Virus record (IMG/VR): IMGVR_UViG_3300037483_000760
Span: 1,799 to 65,798 of that record
Source of the DNA: a virus
Taxonomy: Duplodnaviria; Caudoviricetes
Direction: 5' to 3' (one strand)
Length of the DNA stretch: 64,000 bases
Shown here one piece after another: positions 18,670 to 27,757 of this stretch (position 1 is its first letter; each line of letters opens with the position of its first letter). A program made the position numbers and the translations under genes. The notes beneath the pieces were generated by a model. That model ran no database searches. It saw only the letters and a list, made by a program, of their open reading frames with translations, and was not told where the DNA came from.

Positions 18670-20580
18670 TCAATACCCCGTCGTTCCGTCGCGCGTCGTA
18701 TCGTTGTCCCATCGGTCTTCCGGCTCTTGCATGGCGACCGAGCGCGTCACGGCGATCTGCGAACCGGAAAGTGCGATCTGCCCAAGCGCGCGCACGAGAT
18801 GATCGTTCTCGCCTTCGACCAGCCGCATGTTCTCGTCGCGGCAGAACTGGTGATATTCCGAGACCAGCGTTTTCAGGTTGTTGAAAATCTTGACCTGACT
18901 ACCTTCGACGCGCTGCTTGATGGCCGCGACCGCCGGCTCGATCTCGTTTTCGATCAGGAACAGATTGAGGTTCAAGTCGCATAGCTTGTCGACCAGCGCC
19001 TGACCATCCGCCTTCGAGCGCCCGCGCGCCTGCCGCGCGATCAAACCCGGAATCCAACTGCCGCGCTCGCGCACCGCGTCGGCATGAATTGCCGGTGCTC
19101 CCATCGGGGCCGCATATTCGGCGAAGATCACCAGGTCGTTTGTCTCGGGATCGAACGCGCCCCACAGTCCGGCGAACCGCCGGGTGTCACAATCGATGGC
19201 ATAGACCCTGTTCCAATGCCGGGGGATATCGAAGGGCTCGACGAACAGGGTGTCGGGTGCGGGCAATTCAGCCATTCCTTGATTGAGCGCCAATTCGGTC
19301 ACCGCCCACACCATGGCGTCGAGGCGGTTCGGGCTCCTGCCGTCCGCCGTGCCGTCCGGCCCGAACGAACACAATTCATCCTCAAGATCGGGAAACCCGC
19401 CGACGTGCTTGACGCGGCCCTGCTCGTACAGCGCCGCCACCGGTTCGGCGCGCAGCCACTTACCCCGGGATGCGGTTACTTCCTTGTAGGCGATCTTCGG
19501 GTCCACGGTGCGGATGACATGCTCGACCATCGCCCCGCCGAAATTGCGTTCTCCTACCATGCGGTCGGCTTCGATGTCGCGATAGACATCGACCGCCATT
19601 TGTCCCCATTGCGCCGGCGAAGCGCGCAGCGTCGCGTCGCGCAGGATATACACCGTGCCGTCGTAGCCGCGACCGGCCGCCACGATACCGACCGGGCACG
19701 CCTCATCGTTGCCCGCCGTGCCGGATGGATCGATCGCCACCACGACCCGCGCCAGTGGCGGACATTCCTTAACGAGCGCGGTTTCGAGCATGGCGCGCGT
19801 CCACAACGCACCCTCGACTTCCTCCAGCAACTCTCCTTCGAGTTCCTGCCGTCCGAGCCGAGTGCCCTTATATTTGTTGACGATGGTGCGCAGAAAAGCC
19901 GGTGCTAGGTTGACCGCGTTTTCCGTCGTCGTGCCGCGCGTGATCACGGTATCGGGCCGCGCGATGATTTCCTTGAGCAGGCTGATCGGCTTCGGGGTCG
20001 TGGTGATAACCTGCCTCGGGCGCATCCCGAGCCGCAAGCCAAACTGCAACATATCGAAGGCTTCGCGCGCGAACTTCCAGGCCGCCAGTTCGTCACACCA
20101 TGCCGCGTCGTGCTGCGGCCCGCGCAGGCGTTCCGGTTCCTCCGCTGAATAAAGCGTGGCGATGGCGCCGTTCGGCCAGGTCAGTTGCCGTTGCGAGGGC
20201 TGATACAACGGCCGGAACCAGCGCGGGGCAATCGCCATGATCCCGCTTTCACCCTCGACCATGACCTTGCGGGCGTCCGCCGCCGTCGGCGCCACCAATG
20301 CGACGCGCAGGGCGCCGCAGTTCTCCACCTGGTCCCGCACCCATTCCGCACCGGTGCGGGTCTTGCCGAAGCCGCGGCCGGCGAGAATCAGCCACGTCGT
20401 CCAATCGCCTTCCGGGGCGCGCTGATTGGGTCGCGCCCAAAACAGCCACTCGTATTCGAGTTCTTCCGCTTCTCGTTCCGACAGGTCGCGCAGGACTTGC
20501 GCGCGCTCAGGCGCCGGCAGGCTCGCGAGTCGCTCGGCTAGCGATTTGTTCGATGCGTCCGGCAATGCGGGTGTAAGCAT
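18670..20580 (-). CDS. terL: Terminase large subunit with an extra C-terminal nuclease-like domain
   Basis: Walker A GRGFGKT, Walker B AAWCDE, and nuclease motifs VAIDPS, GERNFGG and RLDAMVWA, followed by about 200 additional residues. Confidence 0.95.
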   Translation of the reverse strand: MLTPALPDASNKSLAERLASLPAPERAQVLRDLSEREAEELEYEWLFWARPNQRAPEGDWTTWLILAGRGFGKTRTGAEWVRDQVENCGALRVALVAPTAADARKVMVEGESGIMAIAPRWFRPLYQPSQRQLTWPNGAIATLYSAEEPERLRGPQHDAAWCDELAAWKFAREAFDMLQFGLRLGMRPRQVITTTPKPISLLKEIIARPDTVITRGTTTENAVNLAPAFLRTIVNKYKGTRLGRQELEGELLEEVEGALWTRAMLETALVKECPPLARVVVAIDPSGTAGNDEACPVGIVAAGRGYDGTVYILRDATLRASPAQWGQMAVDVYRDIEADRMVGERNFGGAMVEHVIRTVDPKIAYKEVTASRGKWLRAEPVAALYEQGRVKHVGGFPDLEDELCSFGPDGTADGRSPNRLDAMVWAVTELALNQGMAELPAPDTLFVEPFDIPRHWNRVYAIDCDTRRFAGLWGAFDPETNDLVIFAEYAAPMGAPAIHADAVRERGSWIPGLIARQARGRSKADGQALVDKLCDLNLNLFLIENEIEPAVAAIKQRVEGSQVKIFNNLKTLVSEYHQFCRDENMRLVEGENDHLVRALGQIALSGSQIAVTRSVAMQEPEDRWDNDTTRDGTTGY

Positions 20581-21103
20581 TCTTCACGCTTGCGATCTCT
20601 TCGCCGTCGCCGCTGCCTTGACCGACATTGATCTGATTGAACATGGCGATGGTGTCCGGCTCGATCAGACCGTCCAGCTTGCAGAGGAGTTCGATGGCGC
20701 TCGTTTTCGAATGCAGCTTGACGCGGTCGTTGCCGTCTTTGTCGGTGTAGAGTTCGGCGACTGCGGCGCGGTCGTCATCCGTCCATTGCGACAGCGGCTT
20801 CAACTGCCGGCCGATCTCCTTGCCGTCATCGTCCTTCACGATCTCGAACAGATCGGGCAGCCGTGCCATGGCGAGCGCCATGAGTTCTTGTCTCAGCACG
20901 CGGCGCTGCCAGCCGATGTCGACTTCGTCGTGGTGGCGAAGTTCGCGAATGCGCTGGAGCACCCGGGGCCGTTTCTCGATCCGCGCCGCATTATGGGCAT
21001 TCGGATAGCCGGCATGCACGCAAGCCGCCCGTGACGGCACCAGCTTGGCGCGGGCCTGTGCGTAAAGCTCCTCACGAGTATCGGTGAGTGGGGTTCCGGT
21101 CAT
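20507..21103 (-). CDS. terS: Terminase small subunit
   Basis: N-terminal HTH (EELYAQ...AACVHAGY...AARIEKRPRV) and KLHSKTSAIELL. Overlaps the terL start. Confidence 0.85.
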   Translation of the reverse strand: MTGTPLTDTREELYAQARAKLVPSRAACVHAGYPNAHNAARIEKRPRVLQRIRELRHHDEVDIGWQRRVLRQELMALAMARLPDLFEIVKDDDGKEIGRQLKPLSQWTDDDRAAVAELYTDKDGNDRVKLHSKTSAIELLCKLDGLIEPDTIAMFNQINVGQGSGDGEEIASVKNAYTRIAGRIEQIASRATREPAGA

Positions 21104-21151
21104 GGCTTATTGGGGTGACTCAGTTCGACTCAGGCGCGCCGCAATTGGGAC

Positions 21152-21424
21152 TCAATCGCGGGCCGGTGCATGACGTGCCTCATCGGTGCCTGTGAGTAGG
21201 TCCGTCTCCCGAGGCCGTGGCAACCGCGCCCAAAGCGTTAGATCGCACGGCTCCGGATCGTATTCAGTGGCCTCGTTCGGGTCGACCTGCCAGACATCAT
21301 AGGTTGGATTCCATTTGACGGTCGCGACGCCTATCTCATCCTCACAACCATGCTTGCCATACCCAAGAATCCGTTCGTTTTTTGGAGCGGTTTCAATCGG
21401 GTGCCACTCTACGAAATCCGCCAT
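21152..21424 (-). CDS. DUF551-like small phage protein
   Basis: WHPIETAPK...WARLPRP signature. Confidence 0.55.
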   Translation of the reverse strand: MADFVEWHPIETAPKNERILGYGKHGCEDEIGVATVKWNPTYDVWQVDPNEATEYDPEPCDLTLWARLPRPRETDLLTGTDEARHAPARD

Positions 21425-21464
21425 GACTCGCCTTGGCTCACCGTGGTTAGGGCGCATCGGCCGG

Positions 21465-21635
21465 TCACGCATCACGCAGCACCCTATCGAGCAAGCGCCG
21501 GATGGCTTCCGGGCGCCCCGGCAGGTCGGCCTCTTTACGGCGGAAACTTTCCAGCTTTTGCAGTAGATCGGGCTGTAACCGCACCATGACGGGCGTTCCC
21601 GTCTCTTTTGGGCGGCCCTTTTTTTGTGATTTCAT
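21465..21635 (-). CDS. Ribbon-helix-helix (CopG/Arc-like) DNA-binding protein
   Basis: GRPKETGTPVMVRLQPDLLQKLESFR...RPEAIRRLL. Confidence 0.75.
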   Translation of the reverse strand: MKSQKKGRPKETGTPVMVRLQPDLLQKLESFRRKEADLPGRPEAIRRLLDRVLRDA

Positions 21636-21649
21636 GGGTGCATGATTGC

Positions 21650-21712
21650 TTGACAGCATCTTGCGACCCGTGCTATCACGAAATTACAGGGCAGGCAAGA
21701 GGTACGAGCTCT
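21650..21712 (+). promoter_or_regulatory. Candidate promoter plus leader hairpin for the plus-strand recombination operon
   Basis: TTGACA at 21650-21655, GC-poor downstream segment, hairpin GGCAAGAG-N7-CTCTTGCC, and AAGGAG RBS before ATG 21747. Confidence 0.45.
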
Positions 21713-21746
21713 TGCCTACCCCTAACCCAAGGCAAGGAGTTGACCC

Positions 21747-22124
21747 ATGCCCCAGGCTGATTCCGTCTCTACCACACTTGCGGCCGTTACGGTCGGCCCT
21801 TTATCCCCGGCCCCGTGGTATCTCCCGATCATCCACAGCGCCAAGGCCGGTGCGTTCTTTTCCGACCTGTCGCTCGATCAGGCTTTGTCCAAGGCCGAAC
21901 TGGTCCAGGACATCGCCGACGGTCAGCACGAGAACGTCGACCGCGTGATCGGCATCAATGTCGAGGCCGGCGCTTCGTGGGATGCGTCCCGGGAGATCGC
22001 CCAAGCCGTTCTCGACACCCTCCCCTATAACGAACCAATCCCGGCTTATGTCTTCGATTTTCTCGAAGACCATCTCGGCTGTCAGGTCATGGCCCGGGTC
22101 GAACGTGAGCGGATGGCGGCGTGA
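21747..22124 (+). CDS. Hypothetical protein
   Basis: 125 aa with a strong RBS (AAGGAG). Confidence 0.65.
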   Translation: MPQADSVSTTLAAVTVGPLSPAPWYLPIIHSAKAGAFFSDLSLDQALSKAELVQDIADGQHENVDRVIGINVEAGASWDASREIAQAVLDTLPYNEPIPAYVFDFLEDHLGCQVMARVERERMAA

Positions 22125-22351
22125 TGAAACGACAGCCCGTCATTTCCTCGAACATCAACGAGGTCGGCTACGACCCTGTCAAGCAGGTGCTCGAAGTCCA
22201 ATTCCGTTCCGGCGCCGTCTATCGCTATGCGCGGGTGCCGCCGGATGCCTTCCATGAGTTCATGCGGGCCGGCTCTATCGGCTCGCACTTCGCCAAGTTC
22301 ATCAAACCCAACTTCGAATGCAGCCGCATCGAAGAACAGGAGGCCGCGTGA
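22121..22351 (+). CDS. KTSC domain protein
   Basis: SSNINEVGYD...LEVQFRSGAVYRYARVP...SIGSHF is the KTSC signature. Confidence 0.9.
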   Translation: MMKRQPVISSNINEVGYDPVKQVLEVQFRSGAVYRYARVPPDAFHEFMRAGSIGSHFAKFIKPNFECSRIEEQEAA

Positions 22352-23175
22352 TGAATATCGCCGTCAACCAACAGTGCCTCTCCGACACAACGGCTATCCC
22401 TGCCGTCGACCGCGTGGTGACGCGTTCGGACAACCATCCCCCGGCGATCACCTTAGCCGAGCGCTTCATGTCGCCCGCGATCGACAGCGCCCGCATGGCC
22501 TATACCAATACGGCGGCGTTCCTGCGGGAAACACCGGTCATCGAAAACCACGTTCAAGCCAAGACCGCAGCCAACTTCTTCGAACAGGCGCGCAAGACGA
22601 TCCAAGACCTGGAAGCCGAACGGCGTCGTAACGTTGATCCCCTCAATGAGGAAGTGAAGCGGATCAACGACTGCTACCGCACACCACGCTCGACTCTCGA
22701 AAACATCCGTGACGAAGTTGGGCGGCGGATGAAGGTGTTTGCCGATGCCGAGGAGGCCAAGCGGGCGGCCGAAGCCGAAGCTGCGGTGCGGGCCGCTCAA
22801 GAAGCCGAGCGCATTGCCCGCGAAGCCGAAGACCGCGAGCGCGAGGCCAGGGACGATGCCGATAACGGCGCCGTTGTCGATGTGGTGCGCGCATCGGCCG
22901 AAGCCGACATCGCCTTCACCTCCTTCCAGCAGAAGGCCCGCGAAGCGGTGCGCGCCGACAAGGCGGTGAACGTGCGCCTTGATGGGGGCTTCGACCGCGC
23001 GGTCTCGATGCGCAAGAACGAGACCCTGGTGCTCGACGATGCCTTTGCCGCCCTCAAAGCCATGGGCGTCAACGACAAGGTGCGCGAAGCGATCCTCTCT
23101 GCCGCCCGCGCCTACCGGAAACTGAACGGCTCACTGCCGGAAGGCGTGCGTGCCGAAACCGAACGCAAGTTCTGA
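22351..23175 (+). CDS. Coiled-coil phage protein of the recombination module
   Basis: About 274 aa with a long Ala/Glu/Arg coiled coil, next to the SSB-like gene. Confidence 0.6.
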   Translation: MNIAVNQQCLSDTTAIPAVDRVVTRSDNHPPAITLAERFMSPAIDSARMAYTNTAAFLRETPVIENHVQAKTAANFFEQARKTIQDLEAERRRNVDPLNEEVKRINDCYRTPRSTLENIRDEVGRRMKVFADAEEAKRAAEAEAAVRAAQEAERIAREAEDREREARDDADNGAVVDVVRASAEADIAFTSFQQKAREAVRADKAVNVRLDGGFDRAVSMRKNETLVLDDAFAALKAMGVNDKVREAILSAARAYRKLNGSLPEGVRAETERKF

Positions 23176-23192
23176 CTTCCCAATTTCACTCA

Positions 23193-23732
23193 ATGGAGAA
23201 ACCCATGTTGATCTCTCAAGCCTTCCCCAGCAAATTCCTCAAGGCCGCCGACCTGCAGGGTAAGACCGTGCGGGCCGTCATGCAGCACGTCGAAATGCAG
23301 GATGTCGGCGACGACGAATTCAAACCGGTGCTGTTCTTCCAAGGCAAGGCGAAAGGCCTCGTGCTGAACAAGACCAACGCCAACAATATCGCCTTGATCT
23401 ACGGCGACGAAACGTCCGACTGGTTCGGCCACGAGCTGCTGCTCTATCCGACCATGGTGGACTATCAGGGGCGGTCTGTCGACGCCATCCGTGTCCGTGC
23501 GCCGCGTCCCAACGAGCGGCGGTATGAGACGGCCCGCGCGCCCGAGGCTGTCGTTCGTCATGTCACGTCGGCGATGGCGCCACATCCGGCTGAGGCGGAT
23601 TTTGAGGTGGTCGAAGACCAGGGATTTGGGGCGAGCCCAAACCAGGTCTCGTCGATGCCGAGACCAGTTCCCGCCAGCAACGGCGTGCTCCACGGTTCTC
23701 AGCCGATCATCGACGACGAAATTCCCTTCTGA
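23193..23732 (+). CDS. Phage single-stranded DNA-binding-like protein
   Basis: FPSKFLKAADL...LVLNKTN...WFG core and an acidic DDEIPF C-terminus typical of SSB tails. Confidence 0.7.
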   Translation: MEKPMLISQAFPSKFLKAADLQGKTVRAVMQHVEMQDVGDDEFKPVLFFQGKAKGLVLNKTNANNIALIYGDETSDWFGHELLLYPTMVDYQGRSVDAIRVRAPRPNERRYETARAPEAVVRHVTSAMAPHPAEADFEVVEDQGFGASPNQVSSMPRPVPASNGVLHGSQPIIDDEIPF

Positions 23733-23763
23733 CTTCGTAGCGTTGCGTGTCGCGTCGCGTAAA

Positions 23764-23798
23764 GCCTGCCCGGTGCGTTGTTGCCGGGCAGGTTTTTT
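23764..23798 (+). terminator. Rho-independent terminator
   Basis: CCTGCCCGG...CCGGGCAGG stem followed by TTTTTT after the SSB-like gene. Confidence 0.75.
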
Positions 23799-23904
23799 AT
23801 TCCCTACAAAAAGGGCCGCAGCCGGAATTCCGACCACGGCCCAAGTTGGTTTGGAGGGAGGGTCAGGCTCGCCGACGTGCAAGCCTGATACCCTATGGAG
23901 TCAG

Positions 23905-24062
23905 AAAACCCGGGCGCGTGGCCCGGGCTTTCCGCTTCAAAATCGGACGATTGCATCGCCCTTATTCGGTTTTCACCATCTTCATCGTGAACCTCCAAGG
24001 TTCTGCGCTTTGCAAGTGTCTACACCCTATGAACGACAAAGCCCGGCGCGGGGCCGGGCTTG
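23905..24062 (-). terminator. Two related hairpin+U-tract elements (tandem terminator candidates)
   Basis: Minus strand reads AGCCCGGGCCACGCGCCCGGGTTTT and AGCCCGGCCCCGCGCCGGGCTTTG, each with CATAGGG a short distance downstream. Confidence 0.5.
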
Positions 24063-24263
24063 CAAGGTGCTTTGGTTTGCCTTTCCGTGCGCCGCAGTCC
24101 CAAAACCCCGGACTCACCGGAGTTAGTGGGACTTGTCGGGCCTTTCGAGCCCGGCCGGGCCGTCGTCGGCTCTCGCTTTAGCCTAGTCCGGCTCCGATCT
24201 CGATCAAGCGCAGCGGCGCGCGCGACCTAACCCTATCGCTTAGAATCCAGTTGGCCGATTCGG

Positions 24264-24464
24264 TCAAGGGGCATTTCGGTGTTCGTCGATGGCCTTAATG
24301 GCTACCTGCGCGTTCTTCACATAAATCGCCGCCACGTCCGGTTTCTTGGCGCAGAATGCGGCCCACGGGCCGTTGCTGATCTCGTAGCGATGCGCGTAGA
24401 GCGCGGCGGCGACGGCATCAATTTCATCGGCATCTGTCTTGCGCTTGGGGGGGGTCTTGGCCAT
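24264..24464 (-). CDS. Hypothetical protein
   Basis: 66 aa; CAGGAG RBS. Confidence 0.55.
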   Translation of the reverse strand: MAKTPPKRKTDADEIDAVAAALYAHRYEISNGPWAAFCAKKPDVAAIYVKNAQVAIKAIDEHRNAP

Positions 24465-24477
24465 GAGGTTTCTCCTG

Positions 24478-25083
24478 TTAAGCCGGCCGTAGTTGCGACA
24501 ATTCGACGTTGAGTTCCATCAGCTTGCCGAGCATTTCTGCGGTCGCTTTCACCTGTCCATGCTTGCGCAGGCGGGATATGTCGCGCACCTTGCCGCGCAC
24601 CCAATCGACAATCTGATGACGGCTGTCACAAATGGCGATGTCGACTGCGTCACCTTCTTTGTAGGGGCTGGTGAACGGTGCCGGACCTTCGATCTCAAGC
24701 CGCATTGCTTCTTTCAGAATTGAGATTTCCTTGTCGCGGATGGGGCGATAGCCGCCAAGCACCGGGTCTCGGGGCATGACGCCGGGCGTTGTTCGGATGC
24801 GCCCCCAGTCGTCGAAACCCGGCGGCAGCAGTGCGATCAGATAGCCCGGCAGCATCGGTATCCACACCTGTCGCATCTTACGGCCGCAAAGGCGGCGTGA
24901 GGGAATCTCCGGCAGCCATATTTTAATGCGATGACCGATGAGCCCGCCGGCGGCTTGGCGTTCCTTGCGAGGCTCGGCTCGAATAACATATCCGCGCAAA
25001 TCTGGGGCGATCACAGTCTCCGGGTCACCCTCCATATCCCAGACTTGGTTCATGCGTTCGACTGCCGGCATTGTTCTTCTCAC
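24478..25083 (-). CDS. NusG-like (NGN-KOW) antitermination factor
   Basis: YVIRAEPRKE...PMLPGYL...IRTTPGV NGN domain and a C-terminal KOW-like region (YKEGDAVDI...VRGKV...EMLGKLMELNVELSQLRP). Confidence 0.75.
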   Translation of the reverse strand: MRRTMPAVERMNQVWDMEGDPETVIAPDLRGYVIRAEPRKERQAAGGLIGHRIKIWLPEIPSRRLCGRKMRQVWIPMLPGYLIALLPPGFDDWGRIRTTPGVMPRDPVLGGYRPIRDKEISILKEAMRLEIEGPAPFTSPYKEGDAVDIAICDSRHQIVDWVRGKVRDISRLRKHGQVKATAEMLGKLMELNVELSQLRPA

Positions 25084-26402
25084 CCTGTTTTTGCGAATGG
25101 TTCATCGGCTTCCGGCCATGTGCCGTTCACTCTCGGCGGCCAATAGCGCGGCACGATCAGCCGTTCACGTTTACGATAGAGCGGCATGCCGCTGGGCGAA
25201 TGGGCGAAGACTTCGTCGGTCGACACCCGCTCGGCTTCGAGTTCACCCAAACCCCATTCCTTGAAACGGCGCCGCCAGGCGCCGATGGCCTCGCCGTCGC
25301 TCTTCACGTCAAGTTCCTGCCATCGCGACAAATCGAACGATTTTTCATCGGCCAGCGCGAGAAAATCGGCCCTTGGCGGTAAACGCCGCGTGAGATATCC
25401 CTCGCCGTGGCCGTCGCAGAATTTCGGTTCGCGCATCTCGGCGCGGGCGATCAGGTCGGCGATTTGCAGGGCCCGGAATTCGTCGCTCTCGCCGGCGATG
25501 AAGCGGATATCGGGCGCCGGTTGAGGATCATCCGGCGCAAGCCGGGCAAAGGCCTCCCATGCGCCGGTTTCCCGAATAAACGTTTGCGCGCTCGGTTTCG
25601 CACCCGGTTTTTTCAGTTTTTCGCGCTGCGCGATCAGCCCTTTGGCCGCCGCCATCAACGTAGGCCGTTGGTCGGGCGGCACGGCGGCAAACAGCGTGCG
25701 GGCAATCGATACCCGCATGATCGGCAGGCCGTCACTTTCGAAGATCGATTTAAACCCGGGCCAGCCTTCGGGTTCCCGTGTTTCGTTTTCTCGATTCTCA
25801 TCGGCCTCGTTGCCCGTCCCCCCTTTGGGGGGTAGGGGGGAATCTTCTTCTGGTTCAGGTTCAAGAGATTCAGGTCTACCGCGCAGTTGAAGGGTCGCTG
25901 AAGGGTCAGCGGAGTCCAGGGGCAAATTTTTGGGGTCTGTTGCCCCTTCAGCGTGTGGGGGGTCAAATGCGGGCTCGGGCTCGTCTGACCCTTCACCGTG
26001 TGAAGGGTCAACCGCCTGCCCGTCCGCTACCTTGCGCCCCAGAGCACGGGCCTCGATCTCGTCGGGGTCGGCGTCGAGCATCAGGCGGATTTCGTCGCTG
26101 GTGCGCCGCCCGCGGCCTTCCGCGTTGCGCCGGCCGGCTTCGTCCACCCATTGCGGGAAGCGCGCGATCGCGCCGATTTCCTCAAGATAGGCGAGCCGCG
26201 AGCGCACGGTGTTGGCCGCGAGTTCGGTGTCTTCCGCCAATGAAGGTACCGCGACGAAGCAAGCGCCGTCGCCGTTGACGTAGAGCGTGGTCATGGAGAG
26301 CACCAGCTTCGCCAACGAATTATGCAGACGAAGATTGCGGGCCCAGGCATGGGCCTCATCGGCGGCAATGCGGCGCGGGCGGGGTTTGCGGGTTGCGGTC
26401 AT
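25080..26402 (-). CDS. Replication initiation protein (N-terminal winged HTH)
   Basis: AWARNL...KLVL...CFVAVPSLAEDTELAANTVRSRLAYLEEIGAIAR is an HTH_36-type domain, followed by an acidic/Pro linker. Confidence 0.7.
   Translation of the reverse strand: MTATRKPRPRRIAADEAHAWARNLRLHNSLAKLVLSMTTLYVNGDGACFVAVPSLAEDTELAANTVRSRLAYLEEIGAIARFPQWVDEAGRRNAEGRGRRTSDEIRLMLDADPDEIEARALGRKVADGQAVDPSHGEGSDEPEPAFDPPHAEGATDPKNLPLDSADPSATLQLRGRPESLEPEPEEDSPLPPKGGTGNEADENRENETREPEGWPGFKSIFESDGLPIMRVSIARTLFAAVPPDQRPTLMAAAKGLIAQREKLKKPGAKPSAQTFIRETGAWEAFARLAPDDPQPAPDIRFIAGESDEFRALQIADLIARAEMREPKFCDGHGEGYLTRRLPPRADFLALADEKSFDLSRWQELDVKSDGEAIGAWRRRFKEWGLGELEAERVSTDEVFAHSPSGMPLYRKRERLIVPRYWPPRVNGTWPEADEPFAKTG
25888..26010. 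repeat. Iteron-like TGAAGGGTC repeats, candidate replication origin
   Basis: TGAAGGGTC at 25888, 25899 and 26001, an inverted copy at 25987-25995 forming TGACCCTTCA-CCGTG-TGAAGGGTCA, and a degenerate inverted copy at 25942. Confidence 0.6.
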
Positions 26403-26587
26403 TACACTCGCCCTATCGCTTTGAGCCAATCGGCGAGATCGCCCTGGAAGTATTTGAACGGGTTATCGGCGCGGCTCCAGCAGTGCCAGCACACGACTAT
26501 GTAGGGCTCTTTTTTGGTGTTGCCGCCGCCGAGACATATCGGGTTGTCGCGCTCGCGCGCCTCGAATTCTGTGTATCCGTCCGTCAT
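26402..26587 (-). CDS. Hypothetical protein (CxxC)
   Basis: Coupled to neighbours at both ends. Confidence 0.45.
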   Translation of the reverse strand: MTDGYTEFEARERDNPICLGGGNTKKEPYIVVCWHCWSRADNPFKYFQGDLADWLKAIGRV

Positions 26588-26856
26588 TCGCGCCACCTCT
26601 TGGCGGCTTCGATCAGCGCATGACCGATCGCGTCGGCCTGATCCGGCGTTATGCGGATTGGGCATTCGATATAAGTGTGGCGAATTTCGACCGTCGGCGT
26701 GCCGATATCCTTCGGGGCCATAATCCGGAAGTTCGCCACGGGGCCGTCAGTAATCCTGGCCACAAGTGCCTCTTGGTCGCGCGCACAACGCTCAAGCACC
26801 GCGCGCGCTGCTTCGTTTTCTTTGCGGCGAAATTTAATGATGTCGCTCATATGCAC
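26584..26856 (-). CDS. Hypothetical protein
   Basis: 90-aa coupled ORF. Confidence 0.5.
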   Translation of the reverse strand: MHMSDIIKFRRKENEAARAVLERCARDQEALVARITDGPVANFRIMAPKDIGTPTVEIRHTYIECPIRITPDQADAIGHALIEAAKRWRE

Positions 26857-27071
26857 CCCGGCGTCTTGTCGGTCGCGATCTTCTCACCCTCGCGCCAGAA
26901 TTCGATCCAATGCTCGCCGCCCTCATGCCGCGTCACCTTGACAATGCCGCAGCCGTTCACGCAGGAGCGTTCGGTTTTGTATTCGAAGCGCACGGGCTCG
27001 CCCCAAGAATGACGCAATGAATGGCGTTTGAGTTTTGGCGGCAGCAAGGGTGCGGGCGCGAGGATGGTCAT
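26847..27071 (-). CDS. Hypothetical protein
   Basis: 74 aa with RHSW...CVNGCG; ATG overlaps the MTase stop. Confidence 0.55.
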   Translation of the reverse strand: MTILAPAPLLPPKLKRHSLRHSWGEPVRFEYKTERSCVNGCGIVKVTRHEGGEHWIEFWREGEKIATDKTPGCI

Positions 27072-27757
27072 AGATCAAGCGCCTCCTGCTTCACCGGCTT
27101 GGGAGGTTCGACGAACATGTCTGGCTGCTTCAAGGCTTCGGATATGCGCCGGCAGGCGATGTCGAAATACTTGGGCTCGATTTCTATACCGATGAACTTG
27201 CGGCCGAGCTTCACACAGGCAACGCCCGTGGTGCCGGAGCCCATGAAGGGGTCGAGGATCAGAGTCGCAGGGGGGGGTATTTGCTGAATTGACCAGCACA
27301 TAACCTCGACAGGCTTTTGCGTCGGGTGCTCCGCGCCGTCCGTTAAAATGGCTACGCGGTTAAGTTCAAAGATTCGAAGTGCCCCTTGCGCCGATGTCCA
27401 TGCGAGCTCACCGTCCGATTGATTGATGCGTTGCCCCTTATCCCACACCAGCCACTTGCCGGTTGGCGGGAATAGGTCCGCAAAATAGTTTCCGCCCCAG
27501 ATGATGTGCTGATGCCCAGCGGCGAGCAGTAGTGCAAAAATCTCAGGGTCAGGCCTCTCCGCATCCCATCCGAGAAACTCGTAAGCCTTGCGACCTCCGT
27601 GGCCGCCCGTGGTGCGCTTCTGCCCGTCTTTGCCAATCCCATAAGGCGGATCAGTCACCACAGCATCGACCTTCCCCAGCGTCGGCAATATCTCCCGGCA
27701 ATCGCCCAGGTAGAGCGTCACGCCTTCGGACAAGCGTTCGATGCGGGGAGCGCTCAC
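27068..27757 (-). CDS. DNA amino-methyltransferase (N6-A/N4-C, beta class), copy 1
   Basis: DPPY catalytic motif, HPTQKP, and [12 protein letters not shown]-binding motif. Confidence 0.92.
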   Translation of the reverse strand: MSAPRIERLSEGVTLYLGDCREILPTLGKVDAVVTDPPYGIGKDGQKRTTGGHGGRKAYEFLGWDAERPDPEIFALLLAAGHQHIIWGGNYFADLFPPTGKWLVWDKGQRINQSDGELAWTSAQGALRIFELNRVAILTDGAEHPTQKPVEVMCWSIQQIPPPATLILDPFMGSGTTGVACVKLGRKFIGIEIEPKYFDIACRRISEALKQPDMFVEPPKPVKQEALDL

